Virus record (IMG/VR): IMGVR_UViG_3300044612_001255
Coordinates: 32,001-96,000 of that record
Length of the DNA: 64,000 nucleotides
From: a virus
Reading direction: 5' to 3' (one strand)
The notes beneath the pieces were generated by a model. It did no database searches, was not told the DNA's origin, and saw nothing but the letters and a program-made list of their open reading frames with translations. Position 1 is the first letter of the stretch. Each line of letters opens with the position of its first letter. The position numbers were made by a program, and so were the translations under genes. Positions 37,558-47,086 of this stretch are shown in pieces.

Positions 37558-38073
37558 ATGCCATTCAATACTAATTGCCCAGGGTGCGGATCTTTAGGTC
37601 CATGTGGTTGCAGCGGTGATCAATGTAATTTTGTATCTTCTGAAAATGTTAAATATGTAGGTCCAAACCTAGCAGGAACAGGAATACAAAGTTGTGATGA
37701 CCTCACAGTTGTATTGCAGAAGATTGACAATGCAATTGCTCTTATAGAAGCACAGATATCTCCAACACCACCTTTAACTACAACAACTAGTACATCAGGT
37801 GCTCCAACTACTAGCACAACTAGTACAACAACTACAGGACCTGGATATTATTCTTGGTATTTAGGAGGATTAGCAAATATTGCAAATCCGTGTACGTCAG
37901 CTATACTACTGCCTATATTGTATACATCTGTTCCTGTACTAGCAAATGGTGTAGTTTTATACACCAACACTGCTCTAACAACTACTTACAGTGGTTATAT
38001 TTACATAACCAATTTAAGTACTAAGTGGACAGTATCAAGTGGAGGAGTGTTGAGTGCAGCTACTTCTTGCTAA
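37558..38073 (+). CDS. short fibre/decoration protein with Thr-rich linker
   Basis: N-terminal domain paralogous to 36459 (VKYVGPNL..GI..D.L), poly-Thr linker; ATG 37558 preferred. Confidence 0.6.
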   Translation: MPFNTNCPGCGSLGPCGCSGDQCNFVSSENVKYVGPNLAGTGIQSCDDLTVVLQKIDNAIALIEAQISPTPPLTTTTSTSGAPTTSTTSTTTTGPGYYSWYLGGLANIANPCTSAILLPILYTSVPVLANGVVLYTNTALTTTYSGYIYITNLSTKWTVSSGGVLSAATSC

Positions 38074-38091
38074 CCATTAAATTAAAAGTGC

Positions 38092-38346
38092 ATGTTTGTA
38101 TTTATAACTCTTACATCAGCTGGAGCAGACGCAGGACCATTCAACCTTTATTCAAATGTTGATGGGTTTGTATCTGCATTTGCTGTAAATATTCCTAAAG
38201 CAACTTTGCTAGCAGGATATGCTGCAACTGTTCCAGCTGGTACAACCACTGTAAGAATAATTAGTGCAGGAGTGTGTACAAACTTCATTGATGTAGTTGT
38301 AGGTGCTACAACCACTACCACCACTACCACTACGGAAGTTGTATAA
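38092..38346 (+). CDS. small 'GPF-domain' protein with poly-Thr tail
   Basis: ITLTSAGADAGPFNLYSNVD...CTNFIDVVV + T9; paralogous to 45759. Confidence 0.7.
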   Translation: MFVFITLTSAGADAGPFNLYSNVDGFVSAFAVNIPKATLLAGYAATVPAGTTTVRIISAGVCTNFIDVVVGATTTTTTTTTEVV

Positions 38347-38412
38347 GGTGTAGAATAAAACCAATTTTACGTAAATTAAATAAAACTCTACTTTATTGGT
38401 TTTGTAGGTTTT

Positions 38413-38447
38413 CTCCCAGGCATTTAATGTCTGGGAGTTTTTATTTG
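38413..38447 (+). terminator. intrinsic terminator
   Basis: CTCCCAGGCAT-tta-ATGTCTGGGAG then TTTTTATTT. Confidence 0.75.
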
Positions 38448-38498
38448 GAAAAATGATTAAATTTGAGTAGATATAACTCTGAAAATCAGCAACACAAA

Positions 38499-39227
38499 AT
38501 GTCAACATTAAGAAAGCTAGTCTCTGACGTTAGGAGCACGCACAAAATCATATCAACAGATAGCCTCATCACAGACAGAGCAATTGCCTCTGAAGTGCGG
38601 AATAATGCACTATTGTTGATAAAAAGAGAAACCAACCTTAGAAAGCTCTGGGCAACAGATACACTTTTTACAACCATTCCATGTTTAGAAATGTGCGAGG
38701 TGTCCATATCAGAATGTTGCAATTATGCAGATCCTTGTTCTGTTGCAAGATCAACATATCAACTTCCTAGAATATCTGAAGGAAATTATCAATATGTAAT
38801 CCAAGGTGTTTATTCAATAAACGCAATGTCTGGACAAGGCACTAAGATAAAAGAGATCACTGTCAATCGTTATCTCAACCTATTAAAACTTCCTGTTATT
38901 AGAAAAGAACAGTATTTCTGGATTTCAAATGGTTATCTTTATGTCAGCAACCCAGCATTGCAGGCTGTTAGATTTGTAGCTCTTTTTGAAGAAGACATAC
39001 CTAATAGCATTATGTATCCTGAATGCGGATGCGGAACTCCAAGCTATACAACTGACCAGCTTTGTCAGAACCCTCTAGATAAAGAGTTTGCTCTTCCAGG
39101 ATACTTGGAGAAGCAAGTGTTAGATCTAACATCACAGAAGATTCTTCAGACATACTTTAGTATAAAGACTGACATGACTGATGATGGAATAGATGGTCAA
39201 TCACCAAATGCACCACAGTTTAGATGA
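38499..39227 (+). CDS. tail ring protein
   Basis: MSTLRKLVSDV..., YFWISNGYLY, ALFEE, LDKEFALP pattern; ATG 38499 preferred. Confidence 0.55.
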   Translation: MSTLRKLVSDVRSTHKIISTDSLITDRAIASEVRNNALLLIKRETNLRKLWATDTLFTTIPCLEMCEVSISECCNYADPCSVARSTYQLPRISEGNYQYVIQGVYSINAMSGQGTKIKEITVNRYLNLLKLPVIRKEQYFWISNGYLYVSNPALQAVRFVALFEEDIPNSIMYPECGCGTPSYTTDQLCQNPLDKEFALPGYLEKQVLDLTSQKILQTYFSIKTDMTDDGIDGQSPNAPQFR

Positions 39228-39703
39228 GAGTAACAATAGATTGGCGAAGTGCCTCAAAAGAAAACTACAATAATTTCAAGAGTGAGAAGCCTGAAATAAA
39301 CCTCTCTTTCGATGACTGGAAGAGAGTTGTTTATGGCTTCAATGAAATGTTTGTTGAGCACATGCTTGAAACAGGGGAGAAGGTAAAACTCCCATGTGGA
39401 ATAGGGGACTTTGCAATCAACAAAAAGAAAAGAGTAAGAACCACAATGGTTGATGGTAAAGAGTATATAAATCTTCCAATCGACTGGAAAAAAACTAGAG
39501 AGAAGGGAAAGTACATTTACAACTTTAACTACCATACAGAAGGATATTACTTTGGATGGAAGTGGTTTAAAAGATCTTGTAGATTTAAGTTTTCTGATTT
39601 ATGGTTATTCAAACCAACTAGACAAAACTCTAGATTGATTAACCATTATTTGAAAGTTGATGAGAAGTACCAACATATTTATGCAACATGGAATCGTAAT
39701 TAA
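39224..39703 (+). CDS. IHF/HU-like protein of crAss-like tail block
   Basis: GEKVKLPCGIGDFAINKKK...IDWKKT...NYHTEGY. Confidence 0.65.
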   Translation: MRVTIDWRSASKENYNNFKSEKPEINLSFDDWKRVVYGFNEMFVEHMLETGEKVKLPCGIGDFAINKKKRVRTTMVDGKEYINLPIDWKKTREKGKYIYNFNYHTEGYYFGWKWFKRSCRFKFSDLWLFKPTRQNSRLINHYLKVDEKYQHIYATWNRN

Positions 39704-39705
39704 AA

Positions 39706-40680
39706 ATGGCATATTACTATAAATTTAACTTCGTAAGCCCAGATCCAATCTACTCAACTGTCAAAGAAGAATTAAAAAGCTACTTTGACACAGGTGCTGT
39801 AGATGATTTGTTATTCCCCACCTATCTAGACAAATGTCTTAGAAAGCTGGGAAGAGCCACGTACGTGATAGCTGAATCAGCTCTTGTTGTTGATAATTTT
39901 GAAGCAAGACTTCCAGACAACTTTCACGCTGTTCGTGAAGCATGGATGTGCACAGTGATTAATGGCTTCCCATATCAAACAGCTAACTCATTCTATTCTC
40001 AAGCATCTACACAAACCACTATACAGGTGAGCCCAATCACTACAGCTTGTTCTCCTGAAAGTCCTTGCTGTGGTAATGTAGGATGTGATGGATCTTGTAT
40101 GCCTGAGTTTATGCAGACTGTCTATAAAACAAATAATGAGACAGCAATGACCTATCAAAGACAATATCTTCTAAAGCCAGGAAACATTTCTGCAAGAGGA
40201 CATTGTGATGTTAACTATACAGAAAACTGGGAAATGTATGGTCAAGGGGCTGTTCCAATTCATAACTTTACACCAGGTTCATCTACTTATGATTCATTCG
40301 ATATTAGAGACAACAAGTTTGTTACGAATTTCAGAAATGGCGTTGTCCATCTTGTTTTCTATGCTCAAGATTACGACAGTCTTGGAAATCAGCTTCTTCC
40401 TGATAATTATCGTATTAGAGAATATCTAGAACACTTTATCAAATACAAAGTGTTTGAAACGCTTGTTAACCAAACCAATGATGAAACCTTTAATCAGCTT
40501 CAGCAAAAACTTGTATATTACAAAGGACTTTCTGACGAAGCGTTTATCATGGCAGACATCGAAATTAAAAAACAAGATGTTTGGACAAAGCAGCGTAGAA
40601 TAAGACAACAACTGAACAGATTTAATATGTACGAGCTTCCTAATAGAACTAATAGATACGGTAGGAGACGTAATAACTAA
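39706..40680 (+). CDS. tail tubular/ring protein
   Basis: ARLPDNF, KFVTNFRNGVVHLVFYA...LPDN pattern; upstream of muzzle. Confidence 0.6.
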   Translation: MAYYYKFNFVSPDPIYSTVKEELKSYFDTGAVDDLLFPTYLDKCLRKLGRATYVIAESALVVDNFEARLPDNFHAVREAWMCTVINGFPYQTANSFYSQASTQTTIQVSPITTACSPESPCCGNVGCDGSCMPEFMQTVYKTNNETAMTYQRQYLLKPGNISARGHCDVNYTENWEMYGQGAVPIHNFTPGSSTYDSFDIRDNKFVTNFRNGVVHLVFYAQDYDSLGNQLLPDNYRIREYLEHFIKYKVFETLVNQTNDETFNQLQQKLVYYKGLSDEAFIMADIEIKKQDVWTKQRRIRQQLNRFNMYELPNRTNRYGRRRNN

Positions 40681-40686
40681 TAAGTT

Positions 40687-43600
40687 ATGGCTGAGCAAGA
40701 AGAAGGTAACGTCAGACAGGAGTATAACAATGCCACCACAGGTCTGAATTTGGATCAGTCACTGAATCAAATTCAAAAGGGAAGGCTAACTTATGCTCTT
40801 AATGCTGCTGTTGAAAACTTTGATTCTAATTCTGTAAATTACCAAAACGAACTTGGTAACGAATTCTGTATTCGTGTACCTGAAGGATCTGTTATTATTG
40901 GTGAACACTTCATTGTAGAGAAGAATAAACATATATTCTTTGTTACAAATCCCACCACAGGAGATAGCCAAATTGGCTACATGGATAATAATGATTGTGT
41001 TTACAGAGTGTTAGTAAACGCTCTATGTTTAAACTTCAACATTAACTATCCTATACACAAGATTGTCCATAGAATCACAAACTGCAATACAGAGATTTAT
41101 TGGACAGATGGCTACAATCCTAGAAGATACTTAGACATTGATGACATTCCTAAAATATTAAGATCAGGAAGTCCTCTTTGTAGTCCAATCTATACAGATG
41201 ATCTTGATTGTAATCAACTCAAACTACAGCCTAATTTTAACATTCCTGAGCTAACAATTATTGATGTTGTCAGTGGTGGAAATCTTATTTCTGGTACATA
41301 TCAGTTTGCTGTTCAGTATTCTGATCCAGCTGGTAATCCTTTTACATCCTACTACTCGATCACCAATCCTACACCAATTGCTGATAAGTTTATTATAACA
41401 CCCAATTTCAATTACCCTGTAGGAAAGTCTATTGTTGTCAATGTTGATAACCTTGATACAACTGGACAGTTTGAGTATTTCAATCTTGCTGTAATTAAGA
41501 CAATCAATGGTGTTTCATCTGTTGATCTGGTTGGTACATATTTTATTGACAACAGCAATAGACAAATCACTTATACAGGTCAATCAACAATCATTCTTGA
41601 CATTGCTGACATCTTTGAGAAGTTCCCATTCTATGAAATTGCTCAAGATTTAACAGCTGTACAAGATGTTCTTGTATGGGATCAGTTAACATCTATTGAT
41701 AGAATCAACTATCAACAAATTGCTAATAGTATTGATTTGCTATGGGAGACTTGGAGAATTCCTCCAACAGAAAACTACTCAGACGAAATAAACGCAACAA
41801 ACTTAAGAGGATATCTTCGTGATGAAGTGTATGCTTTTGAAATAGTTTTTCTTTTAAAGAATGGAAAACAAACAGATGGTTTCCACATTCCAGGAAAAGC
41901 TATCTCATCGTACGAACAATTATTACCAAATATTCCTGATACAAGTCCAGACTTCATAGGAGAACCAGACCCAGTAACACATGATGCACCGTATTGGAAG
42001 ATTTATAACACAGCTTCTGTCACAGGATTCTCTCCAGAATATTCAACAAATGTTTCTTACAAGGGACCATATCAATTTGGGGAATTTGCCTATTGGGAAT
42101 CTGTTGAAGAATACCCATGTAACACAGACGTGTGGGGAAACCTTGCAGGACAAAAAATCAGACACCACAAGTTTCCAGATGTAAACATCTCACCTATTTA
42201 CGAAAGTAAAATCTTCTCAACATCACAATCAATGATGATGGGGAATGATGCTGTTTTCCCTATTGGTGTAAAACTTGATCCTTCTCAAATTTTAAACCTT
42301 ATACAAGTATCAAATCTTACAGATGATCAGAAAGCTGACATTGTAGGATTTAAGATAGTTCGTGGTGATAGAAGTGTTAACAAGTCTATTGTAGCTAAGG
42401 GTATTCTTAGAAACGTTGGTGAATACACAAGAGAAGACCAGTCGTTTTATTTCCCTAACTATCCATATAACGATCTTAACGAAGATCCATTCCTTACAAC
42501 AACAAACAATGCTTATCAGAGCGAGTGTGAACCATTTGATGTTTACATAACTAGTCTTGGTACAAATCCAGTTGATGGTTCTTCGTTAGCTAGAATTCAA
42601 TATTATTCTTGTGAGAACAACAAAATTACGTACAAAGATTACACCTCTACACAAGATGATGTGATCTGTGCTGTTGGTAAGCCAACAATTATTATTGGTG
42701 AAGGAGAAGTTGGGTATGCTAATTATGATATCTACACACTTGATGCTCCTGCTTTACAAACATTCACAGCATCTTATGATGATAGATTCTTGGGTCCAAC
42801 AACACTTAGTGTTGGGGCTAACGAGGATACTGTTGAGGTGGTTGCTGGAACAGCAGTGATATGTATAGAAAATTGCGATAATACTTTTTGGAGTCCTCAA
42901 ATAAGACTAATAGAACAAGTAAGATCTGCAACAGGCTGTGGTGGTACAACACTACTTGATGGTTTTAAAGATGAGAACAGATACAGACAAATCTTCAACT
43001 CTCCAGAGACATCATTTGGTCAACCATTCTTAGCAGACATTCTTAAGCTAGAAAGTGTAATGTTTGGTGCAGGCAAAGCCCACTTTGTAGAAGTAAGAGA
43101 CAACGCTAAATACAAACTGCTCAGTGAAGCTGCACAGAAGGCTGCTCTTGATAGTTCTGCAAAGCTTGGACAGATTACTACACCGTTCAGTGCAACAGCC
43201 ATGTTCACTGCATATCAGTCTTATTTGACTATCTACGTTAATGGTATTACTAGAAGAAACTATGCATACTCATTTAACTCTATTGCTGATTACAACTATG
43301 GTGTAGGTGTTCCTGATAATCAAGGAATCAAACAAAGAGAACTTGATATATCTAGATACTTAATCCCAGGTGTACAAGCTCTTGGTGATGATCTTCCAAT
43401 TAACAACTGGAACAGAGAAAGCTCTGTCTTTGTAAAAACAAACGAAGATACTACAGCTCTTCCCTATCCTGATCAGAGTCCAAACATGCTTTCTGGAACA
43501 ATAAGTATTGTTACAGATAGATCAAGATTCACTATTTCAGAAATAGGAAATTGCTCAACACCAGCTAAAGAAGAACCGATACAGGTTGTTTCATATTATG

Positions 43601-45747
43601 CATCATTGAAAGATTCAATCATCAATCAGTGGGGACAAATCTATTCATATGAAACAATTGATACAGGTTATCAATACATAATTAACTCACCTAATCCATC
43701 CACTACTGTGTTTGGTGGTGATACATTCATTAGCAGATTTGCATTCAAAACAAAGCTTCCATTCTTTATTGACAATAGAGTGAACGCTCCTGATGATAGC
43801 GACATCTTTTATGATGAAATAGGTAATGTTGCCTATCCTAGATACTGGCACTCTGCAAGATCTATTCTCGAGAACTACAGCATTCCTGGACAAGGAGTGA
43901 TGGCTAACATCATTTCTTATAAGGCACACAACTTTGACTGTCCTAATGAGGTGGGAACAGATGTGATTATATCTACATCTACCACCACTACCAGTACAAC
44001 TGTTTCACCAAGTGGACCTGGAGAAGTGACACCAAGCTCAACCATCACATACTATGATGGCTACTTCTATCTGTTTGCTTATGGTATTCCAAACTTCTAT
44101 TGTGAAAGCTCTTACAATGTTGATTTAAGACAAGCATTCAACAATAGAGAAGGAGAATTCTGGCCAAACGTTAGTACAGACATTCCAGATGATTGGGTTC
44201 AGGAAAGTTTTGTGCCTATTGCACAAGACAACACTTACTTCTATAACACCACATTCTCTAAGCAAAACAAAGAAAATACGTTCACTCATTTGCCTCCTGA
44301 CTGGGAATCAAGACTTTGCTTTACAAATTATCCATTTAGAACAATCTATTCTGATGCTCAAAACATTGATGCTGATAATAGAATAAACAACTGGCTTATC
44401 TATAGAGCTATCTCTTATTTTGATTTCCCACAGAACTATGGAAATCTTGTAAGCTTAGATGGTATACAGAACAAAGCTATTCTAGCTAGATTTGAGAACA
44501 AGTCACTATTGTACAATAATTTATTGACCATTGATACAAGCAACCCTCAAGCTGCTTATGTAGGTAATCCATTATTGTTCAGAAGTGCTCCTCCAATTGA
44601 CTTTGCTGAAACTGATCTTGGATATGTAGGAAGTCAGCACAAGATGCTTTTGAAGATTCCTCAAGGTCAAGTTACAGTGGATTCAAAAAGAGGACAAGTG
44701 TTCTTAGTACAAGGAACACAAGTGAATGACTTGTCTGCATTTGGATCAGGAATGAACAGATTCTTTGTTGAGCATCTACCATTCATGATTGATAATAACT
44801 TCCCAGATGTGAATATTGATAATCACTTCAAGGGAATAGGACTACATGGTGTTTATGATGCTGTATATGATAGAGTGATTATTACAAAACTTGATTATGC
44901 ACCAAAGTCAAATAACATTCTGTATGATCCAGTTGAACAAAGTTTCTACATCAATAACATTGTTAATGGCCTAACTATTAGACAAGATGTTAGTCTTAGT
45001 GATGAAGAATACTTCTGCAACGTATCCTGGACACTATCTTTCAACATGAACACAAAGAGTTGGATAAGTTTTCATAGCTATATCCCAAACTTCTACATTG
45101 CAGAGAATAACTTCTTCTATTCTGGACAAAACAATTGCTGTGAAGACTTTGATTTCTTAGTGGGTGTATTGGTTCCTAATCCAACCACTACTAGTACAAC
45201 ATCAACAAGTACGTCTTCTACATCAACCACTACAACAACAATTGCTCCTTTGCAGTGTAACATTACAGCTACAGTTATAGAAACAAATTGTTCTCTAGCT
45301 GGAACTGGAGTGATTCAACCTTTAAATTGTAATTTGGAAGGAGAAGGTGAATATGTTAATACAACTACTACTACCACATCAACCTCTACCTCTACAACTA
45401 CAACAACTACTAGTTCTACAACTACTACCACAACATCAACTTCTTCAACAACCACTACAACTACAACTGCTGCACCAACTACAACAACAACTACCACTGC
45501 CACCCCAACAACAACTACAACAACTACAGCTTCACCATATAGTGGAGGTTGTGGAAAATATACGTTATTTGACGAAGGGGATCCTGCTGGATCAACATTT
45601 GAATATTATGCTTTCCCAAGTGGCACTTTAACTACAGTGAGTGTTCCATTTGGTGGAACAGGAGTGGTAGTTCAGGCTTACACAATTCCAGGAATAATAT
45701 TAATATCAGGAGATGGTGGTTCATCAGGACCTACAGAATGTACATAA
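40687..45747 (+). CDS. muzzle / tail stabilisation protein (N-terminal part) with poly-Thr C-terminal extension
   Basis: GLNLD, IYWTDGYNPRRYLDI, GYLRDEVYAF, IRHHKFP, FGGDTFI, WTLSF..KSWISFHSY.P. Confidence 0.75.
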   Translation: MAEQEEGNVRQEYNNATTGLNLDQSLNQIQKGRLTYALNAAVENFDSNSVNYQNELGNEFCIRVPEGSVIIGEHFIVEKNKHIFFVTNPTTGDSQIGYMDNNDCVYRVLVNALCLNFNINYPIHKIVHRITNCNTEIYWTDGYNPRRYLDIDDIPKILRSGSPLCSPIYTDDLDCNQLKLQPNFNIPELTIIDVVSGGNLISGTYQFAVQYSDPAGNPFTSYYSITNPTPIADKFIITPNFNYPVGKSIVVNVDNLDTTGQFEYFNLAVIKTINGVSSVDLVGTYFIDNSNRQITYTGQSTIILDIADIFEKFPFYEIAQDLTAVQDVLVWDQLTSIDRINYQQIANSIDLLWETWRIPPTENYSDEINATNLRGYLRDEVYAFEIVFLLKNGKQTDGFHIPGKAISSYEQLLPNIPDTSPDFIGEPDPVTHDAPYWKIYNTASVTGFSPEYSTNVSYKGPYQFGEFAYWESVEEYPCNTDVWGNLAGQKIRHHKFPDVNISPIYESKIFSTSQSMMMGNDAVFPIGVKLDPSQILNLIQVSNLTDDQKADIVGFKIVRGDRSVNKSIVAKGILRNVGEYTREDQSFYFPNYPYNDLNEDPFLTTTNNAYQSECEPFDVYITSLGTNPVDGSSLARIQYYSCENNKITYKDYTSTQDDVICAVGKPTIIIGEGEVGYANYDIYTLDAPALQTFTASYDDRFLGPTTLSVGANEDTVEVVAGTAVICIENCDNTFWSPQIRLIEQVRSATGCGGTTLLDGFKDENRYRQIFNSPETSFGQPFLADILKLESVMFGAGKAHFVEVRDNAKYKLLSEAAQKAALDSSAKLGQITTPFSATAMFTAYQSYLTIYVNGITRRNYAYSFNSIADYNYGVGVPDNQGIKQRELDISRYLIPGVQALGDDLPINNWNRESSVFVKTNEDTTALPYPDQSPNMLSGTISIVTDRSRFTISEIGNCSTPAKEEPIQVVSYYASLKDSIINQWGQIYSYETIDTGYQYIINSPNPSTTVFGGDTFISRFAFKTKLPFFIDNRVNAPDDSDIFYDEIGNVAYPRYWHSARSILENYSIPGQGVMANIISYKAHNFDCPNEVGTDVIISTSTTTTSTTVSPSGPGEVTPSSTITYYDGYFYLFAYGIPNFYCESSYNVDLRQAFNNREGEFWPNVSTDIPDDWVQESFVPIAQDNTYFYNTTFSKQNKENTFTHLPPDWESRLCFTNYPFRTIYSDAQNIDADNRINNWLIYRAISYFDFPQNYGNLVSLDGIQNKAILARFENKSLLYNNLLTIDTSNPQAAYVGNPLLFRSAPPIDFAETDLGYVGSQHKMLLKIPQGQVTVDSKRGQVFLVQGTQVNDLSAFGSGMNRFFVEHLPFMIDNNFPDVNIDNHFKGIGLHGVYDAVYDRVIITKLDYAPKSNNILYDPVEQSFYINNIVNGLTIRQDVSLSDEEYFCNVSWTLSFNMNTKSWISFHSYIPNFYIAENNFFYSGQNNCCEDFDFLVGVLVPNPTTTSTTSTSTSSTSTTTTTIAPLQCNITATVIETNCSLAGTGVIQPLNCNLEGEGEYVNTTTTTTSTSTSTTTTTTSSTTTTTTSTSSTTTTTTTAAPTTTTTTTATPTTTTTTTASPYSGGCGKYTLFDEGDPAGSTFEYYAFPSGTLTTVSVPFGGTGVVVQAYTIPGIILISGDGGSSGPTECT
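45184..45528 (+). repeat. poly-Thr/Ser coding repeats (ACN)n
   Basis: two tracts, including a ~55-codon T/S/P-rich run. Confidence 0.9.
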
Positions 45748-45758
45748 TAATATAAATT

Positions 45759-46217
45759 ATGAATATACTACTAACATTAACAACAGCTGGGACAGACACG
45801 GGCCCATTTAATCTCTTCTCTGATGTAGATGCTTACAATACAGCATTTGAAACAGGCGTACTTAAATCAGCTCTTGTAGCTGGTTACTTAACATCGCTTG
45901 CTCCTATTGGTACTGCAATTGTTCGTATTCAATCTACGGGTTCTTGTACAAACTTTATTGATGTAGTTCTTACTAATGTGACTACCACTACAACAACAAG
46001 TACGTGTCCTACATATTATGAACTTGAAGGATGTGATCCAGCAGATTATGCATTTACATTACTTGTACCAAATCTTGGTGCGGGTCAACGATATGTTCTT
46101 CCTGGCCCACCAATTAAGTATTATACATACTCAGGAGCAAGTATAACTACTTGTACAGTTCCAGTTCCATATAACAGTTCTATTATACAAACACTAGATA
46201 TAGGATGCCCGTCATAA
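45759..46217 (+). CDS. 'GPF-domain' protein with poly-Thr linker and C-terminal Cys domain
   Basis: LTLTTAGTDTGPFNLFSDVD...CTNFIDVVL + TTTTTTST. Confidence 0.7.
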   Translation: MNILLTLTTAGTDTGPFNLFSDVDAYNTAFETGVLKSALVAGYLTSLAPIGTAIVRIQSTGSCTNFIDVVLTNVTTTTTTSTCPTYYELEGCDPADYAFTLLVPNLGAGQRYVLPGPPIKYYTYSGASITTCTVPVPYNSSIIQTLDIGCPS

Positions 46218-46218
46218 C

Positions 46219-47085
46219 ATGTCAAAGACAATCACTATAAAGCTAACAAAAACAGGCCCTAACTCAGGGCCTTTCACCATCACAGATGCGTATGGGAATG
46301 TTATTGCCTCAGGTGTAACACTTTCACAAGTGACTACAGGGATTAGTTTCATTGTAGATGATAGTGTTAACTTGATTACAATCACATCTGAAGGAAAATG
46401 TGCTTATGAAAAATCATTTGCTGTTACAACTATTACACAAGATCAATATCAAAACACTCCTTTAGAAACTATTCAAACAGCCTGTGTATGGAGACATCTT
46501 AATAACCATGCAATATATAATGTATTCTATGGATATACAGAACCATACATTATTGAATATCCTTTTGCATATCAATACCAAGATGAGATATTACAGAATG
46601 TGAAAGATTACACTAAGGTGTACAAATACTTTAATGATCCGTATGGTATATCAAATGATGTGTCAAGAATAGAACTTGACAATATATGGTTTAACAAATC
46701 TGTTCTTTACAATGGACAACAGAGTACAGGTGTATTGGAGCTGGTACCAAAACCAATAAACAATTTGAAATCCTACTTACAATATCCTATATTAAATGCT
46801 GAAAGCAAGACTATTACATTTACCAAGAGTGATAACTTCTATCAGTATAATACATTCTGGTCTGTAGTTAAAGACAAGAGCATACCACTCTTTGTTAGAA
46901 CATGTCAATCACTTTCTCTTGATAAAGAAGTGAATCAAATCAATATGGACTATGGACCAAGATCATTTAAGAAAGAACCTCTGAGAGCTAAGGAATTGAA
47001 AATCAGACACATTCTTGATAATAAATCAGACGCTCATTTAGTTTCACAATTCATCATCGCACCCGCACAGATTAGTTACAAGTAA
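46219..47085 (+). CDS. divergent GPF domain fused to muzzle-like C-terminal region
   Basis: IKLTKTGPNSGPFTI N-terminus; VWRH..YNVFYG..PYIIE..FNKSVLYNGQQSTGVLEL...LRAKELKIR. Confidence 0.6.
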   Translation: MSKTITIKLTKTGPNSGPFTITDAYGNVIASGVTLSQVTTGISFIVDDSVNLITITSEGKCAYEKSFAVTTITQDQYQNTPLETIQTACVWRHLNNHAIYNVFYGYTEPYIIEYPFAYQYQDEILQNVKDYTKVYKYFNDPYGISNDVSRIELDNIWFNKSVLYNGQQSTGVLELVPKPINNLKSYLQYPILNAESKTITFTKSDNFYQYNTFWSVVKDKSIPLFVRTCQSLSLDKEVNQINMDYGPRSFKKEPLRAKELKIRHILDNKSDAHLVSQFIIAPAQISYK

Positions 47086-47086
47086 T

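Noticed and set aside
45184-45528. CRISPR array or DGR-type repeat
   Set aside because: These are degenerate ACN codon runs inside an ORF. There is no repeat-spacer structure, and no reverse transcriptase or TR/VR pair was seen in the window.
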